Of a stretch of 64,000 nucleotides of DNA, positions 11,239-20,100 are shown one piece after another; within the stretch, counting starts at the first letter, position 1; each line of letters begins with the position of its first letter. The notes beneath the pieces are model-generated. The model was not told the DNA's origin and made no database searches. It saw only the letters and a list, made by a program, of their open reading frames with translations. The translations under genes and the position numbers were made by a program. The stretch comes from an uncultured delta proteobacterium (GTDB taxonomy: Bacteria; Desulfobacterota; Syntrophorhabdia; Syntrophorhabdales; WCHB1-27): positions 224,001 through 288,000 of the forward strand of contig CAWEPK010000010.1 of assembly GCA_963810935.1 (NCBI GenBank), read 5' to 3'.

Positions 11239-11436
11239 CCCTCCTTGTTCTGTGCGTTTCTTATGGCGTCCGGCCCTCTCGACCGGTCCCTGATAGTCGA
11301 TAAGCATTTACTTTGTTCAAACAACAATGAGTTTGTCAAGGGCTTATGCAAACTCGCGCACTGCCCTCCAATCGGCTCGCGCCCGCCCACGCTTCAACCG
11401 TAACGCGTCGGGACAAGCTCCGGGGAAGCGCTGCAA

Positions 11437-11589
11437 ATGAGCGTCAGCGAGATGATAAATCCTTGCAACACGAATGCCAACGGCTTCGATGCGGCCCTCC
11501 TGGGCCTCGTGGTGATAGCCGCCATCTGGGCAGTCGTGGGCTTTCTGATGCCGGAGGTAGGGCAAAGCGCCAAGCGGTCTGAAATGTAG
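11437..11589 (+). CDS. Possible 50-aa single-pass membrane protein
   Basis: Hand-translated MSVSEMINPCNTNANGFDAALLGLVVIAAIWAVVGFLMPEVGQSAKRSEM with one clear hydrophobic helix. Confidence 0.35.
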   Translation: MSVSEMINPCNTNANGFDAALLGLVVIAAIWAVVGFLMPEVGQSAKRSEM

Positions 11590-11715
11590 TCGCAACCAAT
11601 TGCTGTTCAATAAAGCGATATTATCGGCTGATGTAGCAGCGAGACCGTTTTTTGCAGTTTGCTTGCTGCGGCGCTTCCACCGGGACGCATGGAAGCGCCG
11701 TTTCTTTCTCTCCCG

Positions 11716-11979
11716 CTATTTCTTCTTTGGTGGCGGGGCCGGCTTCGCGGTGGCCGCCGTGCCTGAAGCCTTCTGGACCGGCGCCCCTTTCACCGTGGGC
11801 GGAGGCGGGGGAAGATTGACGGGAACCCTGGCCGTGCTTAACTCGTTCCCCTGGCCTGTGGCCGGCCTGCTGTTGTCGAAAACCTGGCCTGCCGTAGAGG
11901 TCTGCTGGGCCAAAAGGCCGCCGGCAGCGAAGAACAGAAATAACAATGCGAGACCTGTGAAACTACCGATACGCTTCAT
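11716..11979 (-). CDS. Small secreted Pro/Ala/Lys-rich protein
   Basis: AAGGAGG RBS, signal peptide ending LLA|QQ, low-complexity mature part. Confidence 0.7.
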   Translation of the reverse strand: MKRIGSFTGLALLFLFFAAGGLLAQQTSTAGQVFDNSRPATGQGNELSTARVPVNLPPPPPTVKGAPVQKASGTAATAKPAPPPKKK

Positions 11980-12002
11980 GATTCCTCCTTTGTTTCTGAT
12001 AT

Positions 12003-12416
12003 TCAGACGTAGACCTCCTGAAGCTTTTCAAGGACCTTGAGGATGGTGCCCACGATCTCTTCCGGCCTTCCGTCCATAGGGTCGATTGTGACCATCGGTG
12101 TCAGGCCCGCAGGCGAGAGGATGGCGATATTGTACCGGCTCCCGGCTTGCAGATCCTCCAGGTATTCAGGCATTGAATCGGAGTAGACCATCAGGGCGAT
12201 ATAGTAATCGTGAAGAAGGTTACGGAGCCTTTCATTCAACGGCATGGCTCGCAGCACACCCTGTAAAAAGGGTGCGATAACGGGGTCGGGATTGGCCACG
12301 AACAGAAGGACGGGGCGGTCCCGTTCCTCTATCGTCCCGAGCGTATCGTCATTCCATTCGTGCCAGAGGATGCCGTCTTTCGGAAATTCGGGCCGGGCGT
12401 CGAAGGATGATGTCAT
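12003..12416 (-). CDS. DUF255/thioredoxin-like protein without a CxxC motif
   Basis: I.WHEWNDDTL...ERDRPVLLFV resembles the DUF255 N-terminus; the protein has no Cys. Confidence 0.55.
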   Translation of the reverse strand: MTSSFDARPEFPKDGILWHEWNDDTLGTIEERDRPVLLFVANPDPVIAPFLQGVLRAMPLNERLRNLLHDYYIALMVYSDSMPEYLEDLQAGSRYNIAILSPAGLTPMVTIDPMDGRPEEIVGTILKVLEKLQEVYV

Positions 12417-12487
12417 TTGATGCTCCCCGTAAAGACGGGCCGGATGCTCACAAAATCATGAAATTCCCGGCCGCGAGAACAGCCCCG

Positions 12488-12823
12488 TCATTTCGCGACA
12501 GGTTCTTTCTCTGCCGTCCCTGTGGCGGACGTCCCCGTAGTTCCCGGCTCGCCGGGGGCGGCGCCCTTTTGACCCGACGGAGGGGCAGGCCGTGGACGCT
12601 GGACCCCGTATTTGACGACCGGCTCGATTTTGTACGGCCGGTCCGGGGCCGGCGTCAATCTATCCGACGGGTACGGGGGCGGCGGCCCGTATTTGACCTT
12701 AAACCCACCGTCAGGCTGCTGCGCGCCGGACTTACCCGACAGCAGCAGCATACCACATAGGAACAGCCAGACGATCTTCCTGAAGCTGAACAGCTTTCTT
12801 GCCAATGCTTCTATAATTCTCAT
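12488..12823 (-). CDS. Secreted 111-aa Pro-rich protein with two VKYG motifs (candidate radical SAM substrate)
   Basis: ATG 12823 overlaps the rSAM stop (ATGA) with an AAGGAG RBS; signal peptide ...SGA|QQ; VKYGPPP and VKYGVQ lie 27 aa apart. Confidence 0.75.
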   Translation of the reverse strand: MRIIEALARKLFSFRKIVWLFLCGMLLLSGKSGAQQPDGGFKVKYGPPPPYPSDRLTPAPDRPYKIEPVVKYGVQRPRPAPPSGQKGAAPGEPGTTGTSATGTAEKEPVAK

Positions 12824-13918
12824 ACACACTCCTTGCCGTGAAGGCAGTTGAAGTGACAGACGTCCGGTGCGTTCGTGTCGAAATTCCACAGGTGGAGGCT
12901 GTTTCCCTTGCATATCCACCATTGCGCGCAGTCCCGGCAACTCCCCTGCCTCATCCACTGCCGGTCCCTGAACGGCTGGAACTTGTTCTCCCAGCAATCT
13001 GCGAAAGATTCCTTTCGGATGTTGCCCTGGACGAGCCTCCTCGATACGCTGGGGCAGGCCGATATCTCCCCGTGCGCGAGGATGCCGCCTATCTCTATGC
13101 CCGCCCGGCAACTGTAGAAGGCGTCCCTCACTTCCCTTTCGAGCTCGCACCCGAGGAAACCCTCCTCGTCTACCGATACGCGCATAGGCGCGCCTGCTTT
13201 CCTGGCATCTCTCGCGAACTCATAGAGCTTTCTGTAGTCGCCCGGCCGCAAAAGGAGGTCGTAGTTCCCTTTGGCCCTTCCGCCGGGAAACAGCGTGATG
13301 AGACGCCATTCCCGGACCCCCTCTTTTTCGATGAACTCGTGGATGTCCGGCAGCTTGTCTACGGTTCTCCTGGAAACGGTCGTAGCGACTTCGAGGCCCG
13401 AAAGAAACGCACGGTCCCCCAAGGCCCGAATGGCGCCTACCGCCCTGTCGAATGAATCCGCGTTCCGTCTCAGCCAGTTGTGGTCCTCCTTCAGGCCGTC
13501 GAGGCTGACCGTGACCGTGCTCATGCCGGTAGCCCGGCATTTTTCGATCGCCTCTTCCGTCATCGCGAACCCGTTAGTGACCATCCCCCACGGGAAGCCG
13601 AGCGCCGAGATCCTTTCGGTCACCGCGAAGATGTCCTTTCGCAGCAAGGGCTCGCCTCCGGTGATGGCGACCATTATACCTTTCGGGTCGTACCGCCCGG
13701 CGACCGATTCGAAGCCGCCTATGATCTCTTCCGTTGTCAACTCGAGCCGCGTGTCTTTGGCGGACGAGCAATCGCTGCCGCAGTGAAGGCAGTCTGAGGT
13801 TGCAAGCGAGCGTCGCCTCCCAAAAGAGGTACCGCAGGCTGTGCTCCATTGTGGCCAGGCGCAGGTATCGCGACCACGCCCTTAACTGGAGCCGTTTCTT
13901 AAAGTTACCGAGCACCAT
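12820..13918 (-). CDS. Radical SAM/SPASM enzyme, TIGR04133-like (frameshift near 13793)
   Basis: LFWEATLACNLR(+1)CLHCGSDC gives CxxxCxxC; TGGEPLLR; SPASM region CRAG...GEISACPS...QGNI...CRDC...CKGNSLH...CH. Confidence 0.85.
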
Positions 13919-14031
13919 GCAATTACCATGTTAACATAGTGCGCCGTCAATCATCCAGAGGGCCGGAGCGAAAAGATGAAGAAACGCTGCCGATATGGTA
14001 GAAATACATCCAGAGGAGCAGTTAACAGCCA

Positions 14032-14523
14032 ATGAAAAAATCATCAGGAACGATCGTAGCGATAATGGCGGTAGTTATCTTGGCAGGGACTTTTATTACG
14101 GCGAAATGTGCGACGGCAGGGGAGACCGGAAGGGATGGCCGTTTCATTGCCTATGACAACGGGACGGTCCTGGACAACGGGACTAACCTGATGTGGGCGG
14201 CCCATGACAGCGGGTCGAACATCAACCGGGATGATGCCAAGAGTTATTGCGAGCATTATCGGGGAGGCGGATATACGGACTGGCGGATGCCGACGGGGAA
14301 TGAGCTGGCGGCGTTGTATGATACGGGTAAAATTTATATGTCCAACTGTGGGAATCCTGTCTACTTAACGGCGTTGATTCATCTTACATGCAGCTCGATC
14401 TGGGCTTCAGAGGCACGTGATTCCGACGCCGCCACCTTCTATTTCGACTTTGGCAAACTTTATTGGGCTCCACAGTCCCAAACTATCAACTACCGGGCGC
14501 TTCCCGTGCGTTCCGGCAAATAG
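14032..14523 (+). CDS. Secreted DUF1566 (Lcl C-terminal-like) domain protein
   Basis: DNGTVLD..TNLMW, A..YC, GGYTDWRMPT..EL and terminal LPVR motifs. Confidence 0.85.
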   Translation: MKKSSGTIVAIMAVVILAGTFITAKCATAGETGRDGRFIAYDNGTVLDNGTNLMWAAHDSGSNINRDDAKSYCEHYRGGGYTDWRMPTGNELAALYDTGKIYMSNCGNPVYLTALIHLTCSSIWASEARDSDAATFYFDFGKLYWAPQSQTINYRALPVRSGK

Positions 14524-14573
14524 CTTATTTGGCCATTTTCTTTTGGCCGGAGGTGAGGGCTTTTTCATTCAAT

Positions 14574-15233
14574 ATGACACCGAATAATTGCAGGCCAATC
14601 ATTTGCACTGTCGTTTCTGCTGCTATCCTGTTTGCGTTGCTTCCCGCGCAGGCACATGCCGACCCGTGCACTACGGAAATTCCCAAAGCAATACGGCTCC
14701 TGGAAGAAGGCGTCGACGTCAACACCCACGACGAATATAAGAGGACCTCTCTCCACTATGCGGCATTCTGTGGCAAGACCGAATTGGCCGGGCTGCTGAT
14801 CAAGAAAGGCGCGGACGTCAGCGCCCCGGACGAGGGCCAGAGTACCCCTCTGCATACAGCGGCTTGTGGAGGCGTAGGCCATGCCGATGTGGCTGCTCTG
14901 CTGATTGAAAAAGGCGCAGATGTGAACGCCCGGGACAAAGAGCAGGCCACACCCCTCCACATTGCGGCCGGCGGAGACGATCTCTTGTTGGTTGCTTTGC
15001 TGATTAAGAAAGGCGCCGATGTGAACGCCAGGGACAAGGACCGGAGGACTCCGCTGCACGAAGCGGCATTATTAGGAGCAGGCAATATCAAGGTGGCTGC
15101 TCTGCTGATTAAGAAAGGCGCCGATGCAAACGCCCAGGATAAGGAGCACGACACGCCGGCCATGCTTGCGGAGAAGAATGGCTATACCGAACTTGCCGCC
15201 ATGCTGCGTAAGGCCCAGGGTAAAAGAAAATAG
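14574..15233 (+). CDS. Secreted ankyrin-repeat protein
   Basis: Four to five TPLH.AA...LLI.KGADVNA repeats after a signal peptide (AHA|D). Confidence 0.9.
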   Translation: MTPNNCRPIICTVVSAAILFALLPAQAHADPCTTEIPKAIRLLEEGVDVNTHDEYKRTSLHYAAFCGKTELAGLLIKKGADVSAPDEGQSTPLHTAACGGVGHADVAALLIEKGADVNARDKEQATPLHIAAGGDDLLLVALLIKKGADVNARDKDRRTPLHEAALLGAGNIKVAALLIKKGADANAQDKEHDTPAMLAEKNGYTELAAMLRKAQGKRK

Positions 15234-15383
15234 GTATGGTGCGTGGTGGCCACCGAGGTCGGGTCCTGTAATTTGCATTGCCGGCTATCAACATTTTTGT
15301 GCCCATATCCCTGCATCTTCCTTTGCACCTCCGCGAGCTGACGGTCTTATCCCAATATAATCCAGGAAAATTTATCTTTGGGC

Positions 15384-15410
15384 TTAAGTTTTTATTAGAG
15401 CTTCCGATAG
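15384..15410 (+). promoter_or_regulatory. Putative sigma28 (FliA) promoter
   Basis: TTAAGTTT-N11-TCCGATAG versus consensus TAAAGTTT-N11-GCCGATAA. Confidence 0.6.
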
Positions 15411-15438
15411 TAACTACAGTAAAAGGAGAGGAGCGGCC

Positions 15439-15942
15439 ATGTCGAATATCAGTAGCGTCGGTAATTCTGTAACAAGCTCGCTGCTCAGCAGCATACTTTC
15501 GGGCGGCTCGACAACCACCTCGGGCAGCGATTCGTCAAACACTGCCTCCGATATCGTCAGCCTCATGAGTGGTTCGTCGTCGGACTCCTCCAATACCTCT
15601 TCAATCTATAATATCCTCAGCGGCAGCCAGGGATCGGACTCGGCGGGTTCCATGTACAGTGTCCTGCTTTCCGCCGAAAGCGCCAGCATAATGCAGTCTG
15701 ATCCGAGCCTGGCCCAGGACATCCTCTCGGCAAGCCAGACATCGGCCGGCAGCAGCTCCTCTTCCGGCTCTGCGACTTCCACTACAACGGCCACCCAGGA
15801 GCTTCTCCAGGAATTGGAGAACACGAACCTGCTCACCATAAGCCCCGACACTCTTACGTCCTTGTTGGAGAACAAGATGGCCTCAGCATCGCAGGCATCG
15901 TCGAGCACGAGCACCGGTTCTCAGGTGAGCCAGACGGCTTAG
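15439..15942 (+). CDS. Ser/Thr-rich hypothetical protein
   Basis: Strong RBS (AAGGAGAGGAG); starts MSNISSV and ends GSQVSQTA; no Sec signal. Confidence 0.75.
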   Translation: MSNISSVGNSVTSSLLSSILSGGSTTTSGSDSSNTASDIVSLMSGSSSDSSNTSSIYNILSGSQGSDSAGSMYSVLLSAESASIMQSDPSLAQDILSASQTSAGSSSSSGSATSTTTATQELLQELENTNLLTISPDTLTSLLENKMASASQASSSTSTGSQVSQTA

Positions 15943-16460
15943 TAATCAGATCTCAGGAGGCTATAAAGCGCGTGATCGGCAAAACGGCTGTATAGCCATT
16001 CTGCCTCCCGGACGATTCCTTCGAGCTTGAACCCCAGGCGCTCAGGTATAGCACGGCTGCGGGTATTCTCGACCGCGCATTGTATCGCTATCCTGTTCAT
16101 TTTCCATACGTTGAAGGCGTGTGAGATGAAGGCACGGCAGGACTCGGTCATGATGCCTTTCCCCTGGTGCGCCTCATCCAGCCAATAGCTTAAGAAGACC
16201 GAGCGGTTCATCCAATCGGGGTTCACGTGGTAAATCATTCCGCAGAGTCGATCCTCGAACCAGATCCCGGCGCAAAACCCTTTCCTGGTCGCAAAATTCA
16301 GGAGCCATGCCGTGATGAACTTCTCCGCGTCGGCAGCCGACCGCATAGTGTCGGGAAGCCATGGGTGCCACCTGCGCCAGTGTTCCCGGTTCGCATTGAC
16401 GAGATCGAGGAACTCCGTTACGTGGTGTAGCTCGATAAGGCGCAGGCTCAGTCTCTTCAT
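15939..16460 (-). CDS. RimJ/RimL-family GNAT N-acetyltransferase
   Basis: YWLDEAHQGKGIMT and N.RSRAIPERLGFKLEG motifs. Confidence 0.9.
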   Translation of the reverse strand: MKRLSLRLIELHHVTEFLDLVNANREHWRRWHPWLPDTMRSAADAEKFITAWLLNFATRKGFCAGIWFEDRLCGMIYHVNPDWMNRSVFLSYWLDEAHQGKGIMTESCRAFISHAFNVWKMNRIAIQCAVENTRSRAIPERLGFKLEGIVREAEWLYSRFADHALYSLLRSDY

Positions 16461-16523
16461 TGATTTTGCGGCAAAACATTTGTCACTCCAAGCAGAATAA
16501 CTATGTCAGAAAAATCTCGCGCT

Positions 16524-17063
16524 TCACGTCACAATACCCTCATACCGTCTCATCTGGTAGTTCAACAGCTCTTCGAGTCTCGGGAAGACTACATGCCCTG
16601 ACCGGCACATACGCTCCACTTCATAAAAACTATTCTCAGGATGGTGTTGGCGCCTTCCCATGACGCGCACATACTCTGCCAGCGCCGCCATACCTTCCTC
16701 TTTCTTGTCTTCCCTGAAAGCGATGAGGCTCTGGTATGCCTTTATAATGACGAACGCGTGCGTGAAGCTGCGGCTTTTTCCCAGGCCCCCTGCCCGGCCC
16801 AGGTAGCAGGAGGCTCGCTCGTAGTCTCCCATCCGGTAGGCCACCTGCCCTGCCATCGCTAATGGCATGGCCTCGGTAGGCTCAGCCTGACTTGCCTTCA
16901 TAAACTGTTTCAAGGCGGCCTGGTCATCACCTTCCCGGAGGCATCGCGAGCCCTCGAACAGCCCCGTTCTGTAATTCATGTAGCCCGTGCAGCCGGCGAA
17001 CAGGAAGGCTAGCGATACGATCACCAATAGGCATCGAACCGATGCGGTCTTCGTTCGGTCCAT
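16524..17063 (-). CDS. TPR-containing lipoprotein
   Basis: Lipobox FAGC followed by TPR-like helices. Confidence 0.65.
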   Translation of the reverse strand: MDRTKTASVRCLLVIVSLAFLFAGCTGYMNYRTGLFEGSRCLREGDDQAALKQFMKASQAEPTEAMPLAMAGQVAYRMGDYERASCYLGRAGGLGKSRSFTHAFVIIKAYQSLIAFREDKKEEGMAALAEYVRVMGRRQHHPENSFYEVERMCRSGHVVFPRLEELLNYQMRRYEGIVT

Positions 17064-17510
17064 CAATGGCTCCTTTAACGATCTGAAGTGTCATTAAAAA
17101 CGTGCCTCCATCTCGCATCGGTACGGATGTCCCGGCCAAAGGCGCGGGGTTTATCAGTGTCCGGCAACACCGACCCCTCCATTGCCGGCACCGCAGCGCC
17201 CGTTGCATGGGTTCCTCGCGTGACGAAGAGTTCTTTCTCTATTGGATAAGTCGCCTGTATTTACCGGGAGGTTACAAAAACTGGAAAAACGGTGTGAGTC
17301 CTCGCTGGGTCCTTCCCCACAACAGCATAAGTAGCCCCTGCTTAAGGATTCAGCCGAGCGATTTGAGACACCAACCTGCCACATACGCGAGCCGGAACGC
17401 TGCACTTGCAGGTATACTCCCAATGCAACAGTATCGGTGAATGAAAGTCGTTTGGAACATCCATTGAGGTCTCTGAGTCGTCTACTTAGTTATGGCCCGT
17501 CCCATCGTTC

Positions 17511-18812
17511 CTATTTCATGAGCACCGACGGCAGGTAGAGCGCCAGTTGGGGAAAGACAAACAAGAGCGCCACAACTATAACGAGAGCGATGAGGAACGG
17601 GTAGACGCCGTTGTAAATCGTATTCATCGGCACACCGGTAATGTTCTTTACCACAAAAACGCATATGGCGACGGGCGGTATGACGGAGCCTATGCAGATT
17701 GTCAGGGATATCATGATATTGGCCCAGATGGGGTCGTATCCCAGCTTCGTGATGATAGGGAAAAAGATGGGCGTTGCCATTATCATAAAAGCCAAATCGT
17801 CAATAAAGGAGCCGCCCATGAGATAGACGATAAAGATGATGACCACGATGAAGTGCCGGCTCACTTTCAGGTTAAGTACCCAGTCGCCTATGCTGTTTGG
17901 TATGCCCGTGACCGCGATAAAATGGCTCAGGACGGTCGATAGGGCAATGATGAGGAGGACCATGCACGACGTGCGAAGCGCCTCCCGTATGGATTCCTTC
18001 ACGCCGGCAAAGCCTATGTCTCTTTTGACGAGGCAGAGGACGAGCACGGCGAGGGCGCCGATGCTGCCGGCCTCGGTCGGCGTGAAAAACCCTTGCAGCA
18101 GGCCGCCTATGATGATGATAAAGATTACTACCGGCCAGATGACCGCAGGGACCGTCCTGAAGCGCTCGCCCCATGCGGCCCTTTCGCTGCTCGGCCCAAT
18201 AGAAGGGTTGATCTTGCACCACCCTAAGATAATGACTGCGAAAAGGACTGCGAGGATCAGGCCCGGAATCATACCGGCCATGAAAAGCCTGCCTATGGAC
18301 TGCTCGGTTATAAGACCCAGGATAATAAGCGTCACACTGGGCGGGATAAGAAAACCGAGCGTGCCGACAATGGCCACTATCCCCGTCGATAGCTTCTTAT
18401 CGTAGCGGAACCTGTCCATCTCCGGAATAGCCACGCTCGAAAAAGTCGCCACGGTCGCGATGTTGGAGCCGCATATCGCCTTGAAGACCGTAGCTCCGGC
18501 CACCGTGGCGAGGGCCAGGCCGCCGGGGATATGACCCAGGAACTTGTTGGCGCTGTCGTACAGTTTTCTCGCGATGCCCGCGTGGAATGCGATCTGACCC
18601 ATGAGGACGAAGAGGGGGATAACAGTCAACCCGTACGATTCCAGGGAATCATAGAAGTCGTTGGCCAGGAGGCTCAGCGCCGCGTCGGGGGAGATCAGAT
18701 ATGCGTAGCCCGCAACGCCTACTATAGCCATGGCGAACGCTAGCTCGATGCCTGTAAGGAATAAAGCCAGAAGCACAAATATCGAGACGATCCCTACGGT
18801 GACTTCATTCAT
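17511..18812 (-). CDS. dctM: TRAP transporter large permease
   Basis: IPLFVLMG, GTLGFLIPPS and FTPTEAG motifs. Confidence 0.9.
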   Translation of the reverse strand: MNEVTVGIVSIFVLLALFLTGIELAFAMAIVGVAGYAYLISPDAALSLLANDFYDSLESYGLTVIPLFVLMGQIAFHAGIARKLYDSANKFLGHIPGGLALATVAGATVFKAICGSNIATVATFSSVAIPEMDRFRYDKKLSTGIVAIVGTLGFLIPPSVTLIILGLITEQSIGRLFMAGMIPGLILAVLFAVIILGWCKINPSIGPSSERAAWGERFRTVPAVIWPVVIFIIIIGGLLQGFFTPTEAGSIGALAVLVLCLVKRDIGFAGVKESIREALRTSCMVLLIIALSTVLSHFIAVTGIPNSIGDWVLNLKVSRHFIVVIIFIVYLMGGSFIDDLAFMIMATPIFFPIITKLGYDPIWANIMISLTICIGSVIPPVAICVFVVKNITGVPMNTIYNGVYPFLIALVIVVALLFVFPQLALYLPSVLMK

Positions 18813-19295
18813 GGTCGGCACCTCTGTAAAATCTCGACACGATCTGGCTGAGCAGCACAAAGCACTCGATGAAGCAGCAGAGGGATAACCCATAGGCGAC
18901 TGGATAGAAGGGGAACTTCAGGGTACTCGTCACGAACCCGTCCCTGTAAAGCACGTTAGCCTTTTGGAAGAGGTACCACGCGATGAGGACAAAAAGGATA
19001 ATGCCCAGCGTCTTCGTAAAGACAAAAAGCACATTCTGCACGGGCCTCGATCGTCCCTCGAACAAAAAGTCGACGGCCACATTGGCATTGTCCCTGGTGG
19101 CTTGAGGCATTGCAAAGGCTATGACAATAGCGCCTGCGAGGGCTATCAGACTCGTACGTGCCCGTGATGGGCCTCCGGAAAAGTCTCATTATGCACGTCC
19201 GCCGCGGTAAGGAGCATCATAAGGATGAGGATGCCGCCGCCGATCACATTCATCCAGGCGCTGACCCTGCCGAGCGCCGCCAAAAGCCCCTTCAT
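18805..19295 (-). CDS. dctQ: TRAP transporter small permease (two frameshifts, near 19194 and 19149)
   Basis: Reconstructed MKGLL...MLLTAADVIMRLFRRPITGTYELIALAGAIVIAFAMP...NVAVD. Confidence 0.8.
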
Positions 19296-19358
19296 AAGAA
19301 CCTCCCGGCCCGCGTCGAGAGTGATCCCTCTGTCCGGTCGGGCCTCAATTTCATCCTG

Positions 19359-20060
19359 TCAAGACTGCCGTTCCGGCCCTCCTCCGAGAACAAAGAGCCT
19401 CTGCGTGCCCGACAGCCTCTTCTGCGCCCCGATGAAATGGGCACGGAGAAGGGCCCTCAGTTTTCGGAGGTCCTTCTCCTCGATTGCCGCCAATATTTTA
19501 GTATGCTGCGCGAGGGACTGCCTGGCCCCGCGCGGGGCGCTCAGGGCGATGGAGCGAAGCCACATGAACTTGTCGACAAGAGTGCGGATGGTCTCCAGGA
19601 GGACCTCCGACTTTGCGGCCTTGTACAGGATCTCGTGGAATGCCGATTCGCACCTGATTATGGCATGGATGTCCTCGGCATCGACGTATTTCCTCGCCTC
19701 TCTTATGTTCTCCCGCAGGGTTGCCAGCTCTTCCTCCGTGATCCTCTCGATAACGAGGGACATAACGAATTCCTCTATGACGCTGCGGACGGCAAAGTAT
19801 TCGTCCACTTCGCCCGCCGTGAACTTCCTCACCACATAACCAGTGCTCTCATTGCATTCGACGAGCTTCTCGTTTTCCAGCATTAGTAGCGCTTCCCTCA
19901 CGGGTGTGCGACTTGCGCCCAGGCTATCGGCTATCTCATTCTCCATGATTTTTTCGCCCGGCTTGAGGTCGAGGTACAGGATCTTGTCCTTGATCGCCTT
20001 GTAGGCGGTAAAGCGCAGCGGGTTTTCTCGTGCTCGTCGGGCCATATTACGCTTCGTCAT
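19359..20060 (-). CDS. GntR/FadR-family regulator with FCD domain
   Basis: LKPGEKI.E..IA..LGASRTPVREAL helix-turn-helix; FHEILY. Confidence 0.92.
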   Translation of the reverse strand: MTKRNMARRARENPLRFTAYKAIKDKILYLDLKPGEKIMENEIADSLGASRTPVREALLMLENEKLVECNESTGYVVRKFTAGEVDEYFAVRSVIEEFVMSLVIERITEEELATLRENIREARKYVDAEDIHAIIRCESAFHEILYKAAKSEVLLETIRTLVDKFMWLRSIALSAPRGARQSLAQHTKILAAIEEKDLRKLRALLRAHFIGAQKRLSGTQRLFVLGGGPERQS

Positions 20061-20100
20061 CCCCTTCTTGCCCCGGCCTCGCGGGCGGGGCGTCCCCTGC

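Noticed and set aside
13780..13810. Programmed frameshift within the rSAM CxxxCxxC motif
   Set aside because: There is no slippery sequence, and similar single-base indels occur throughout the window.
17140..17200. Fluoride-riboswitch-like sequence (GGCAATGGAG...CTGAT) upstream of the TPR lipoprotein gene
   Set aside because: There is only a CCGGCAA/TTGCCGG hairpin. The spacing and pseudoknot do not fit, and the downstream gene is not fluoride-related.
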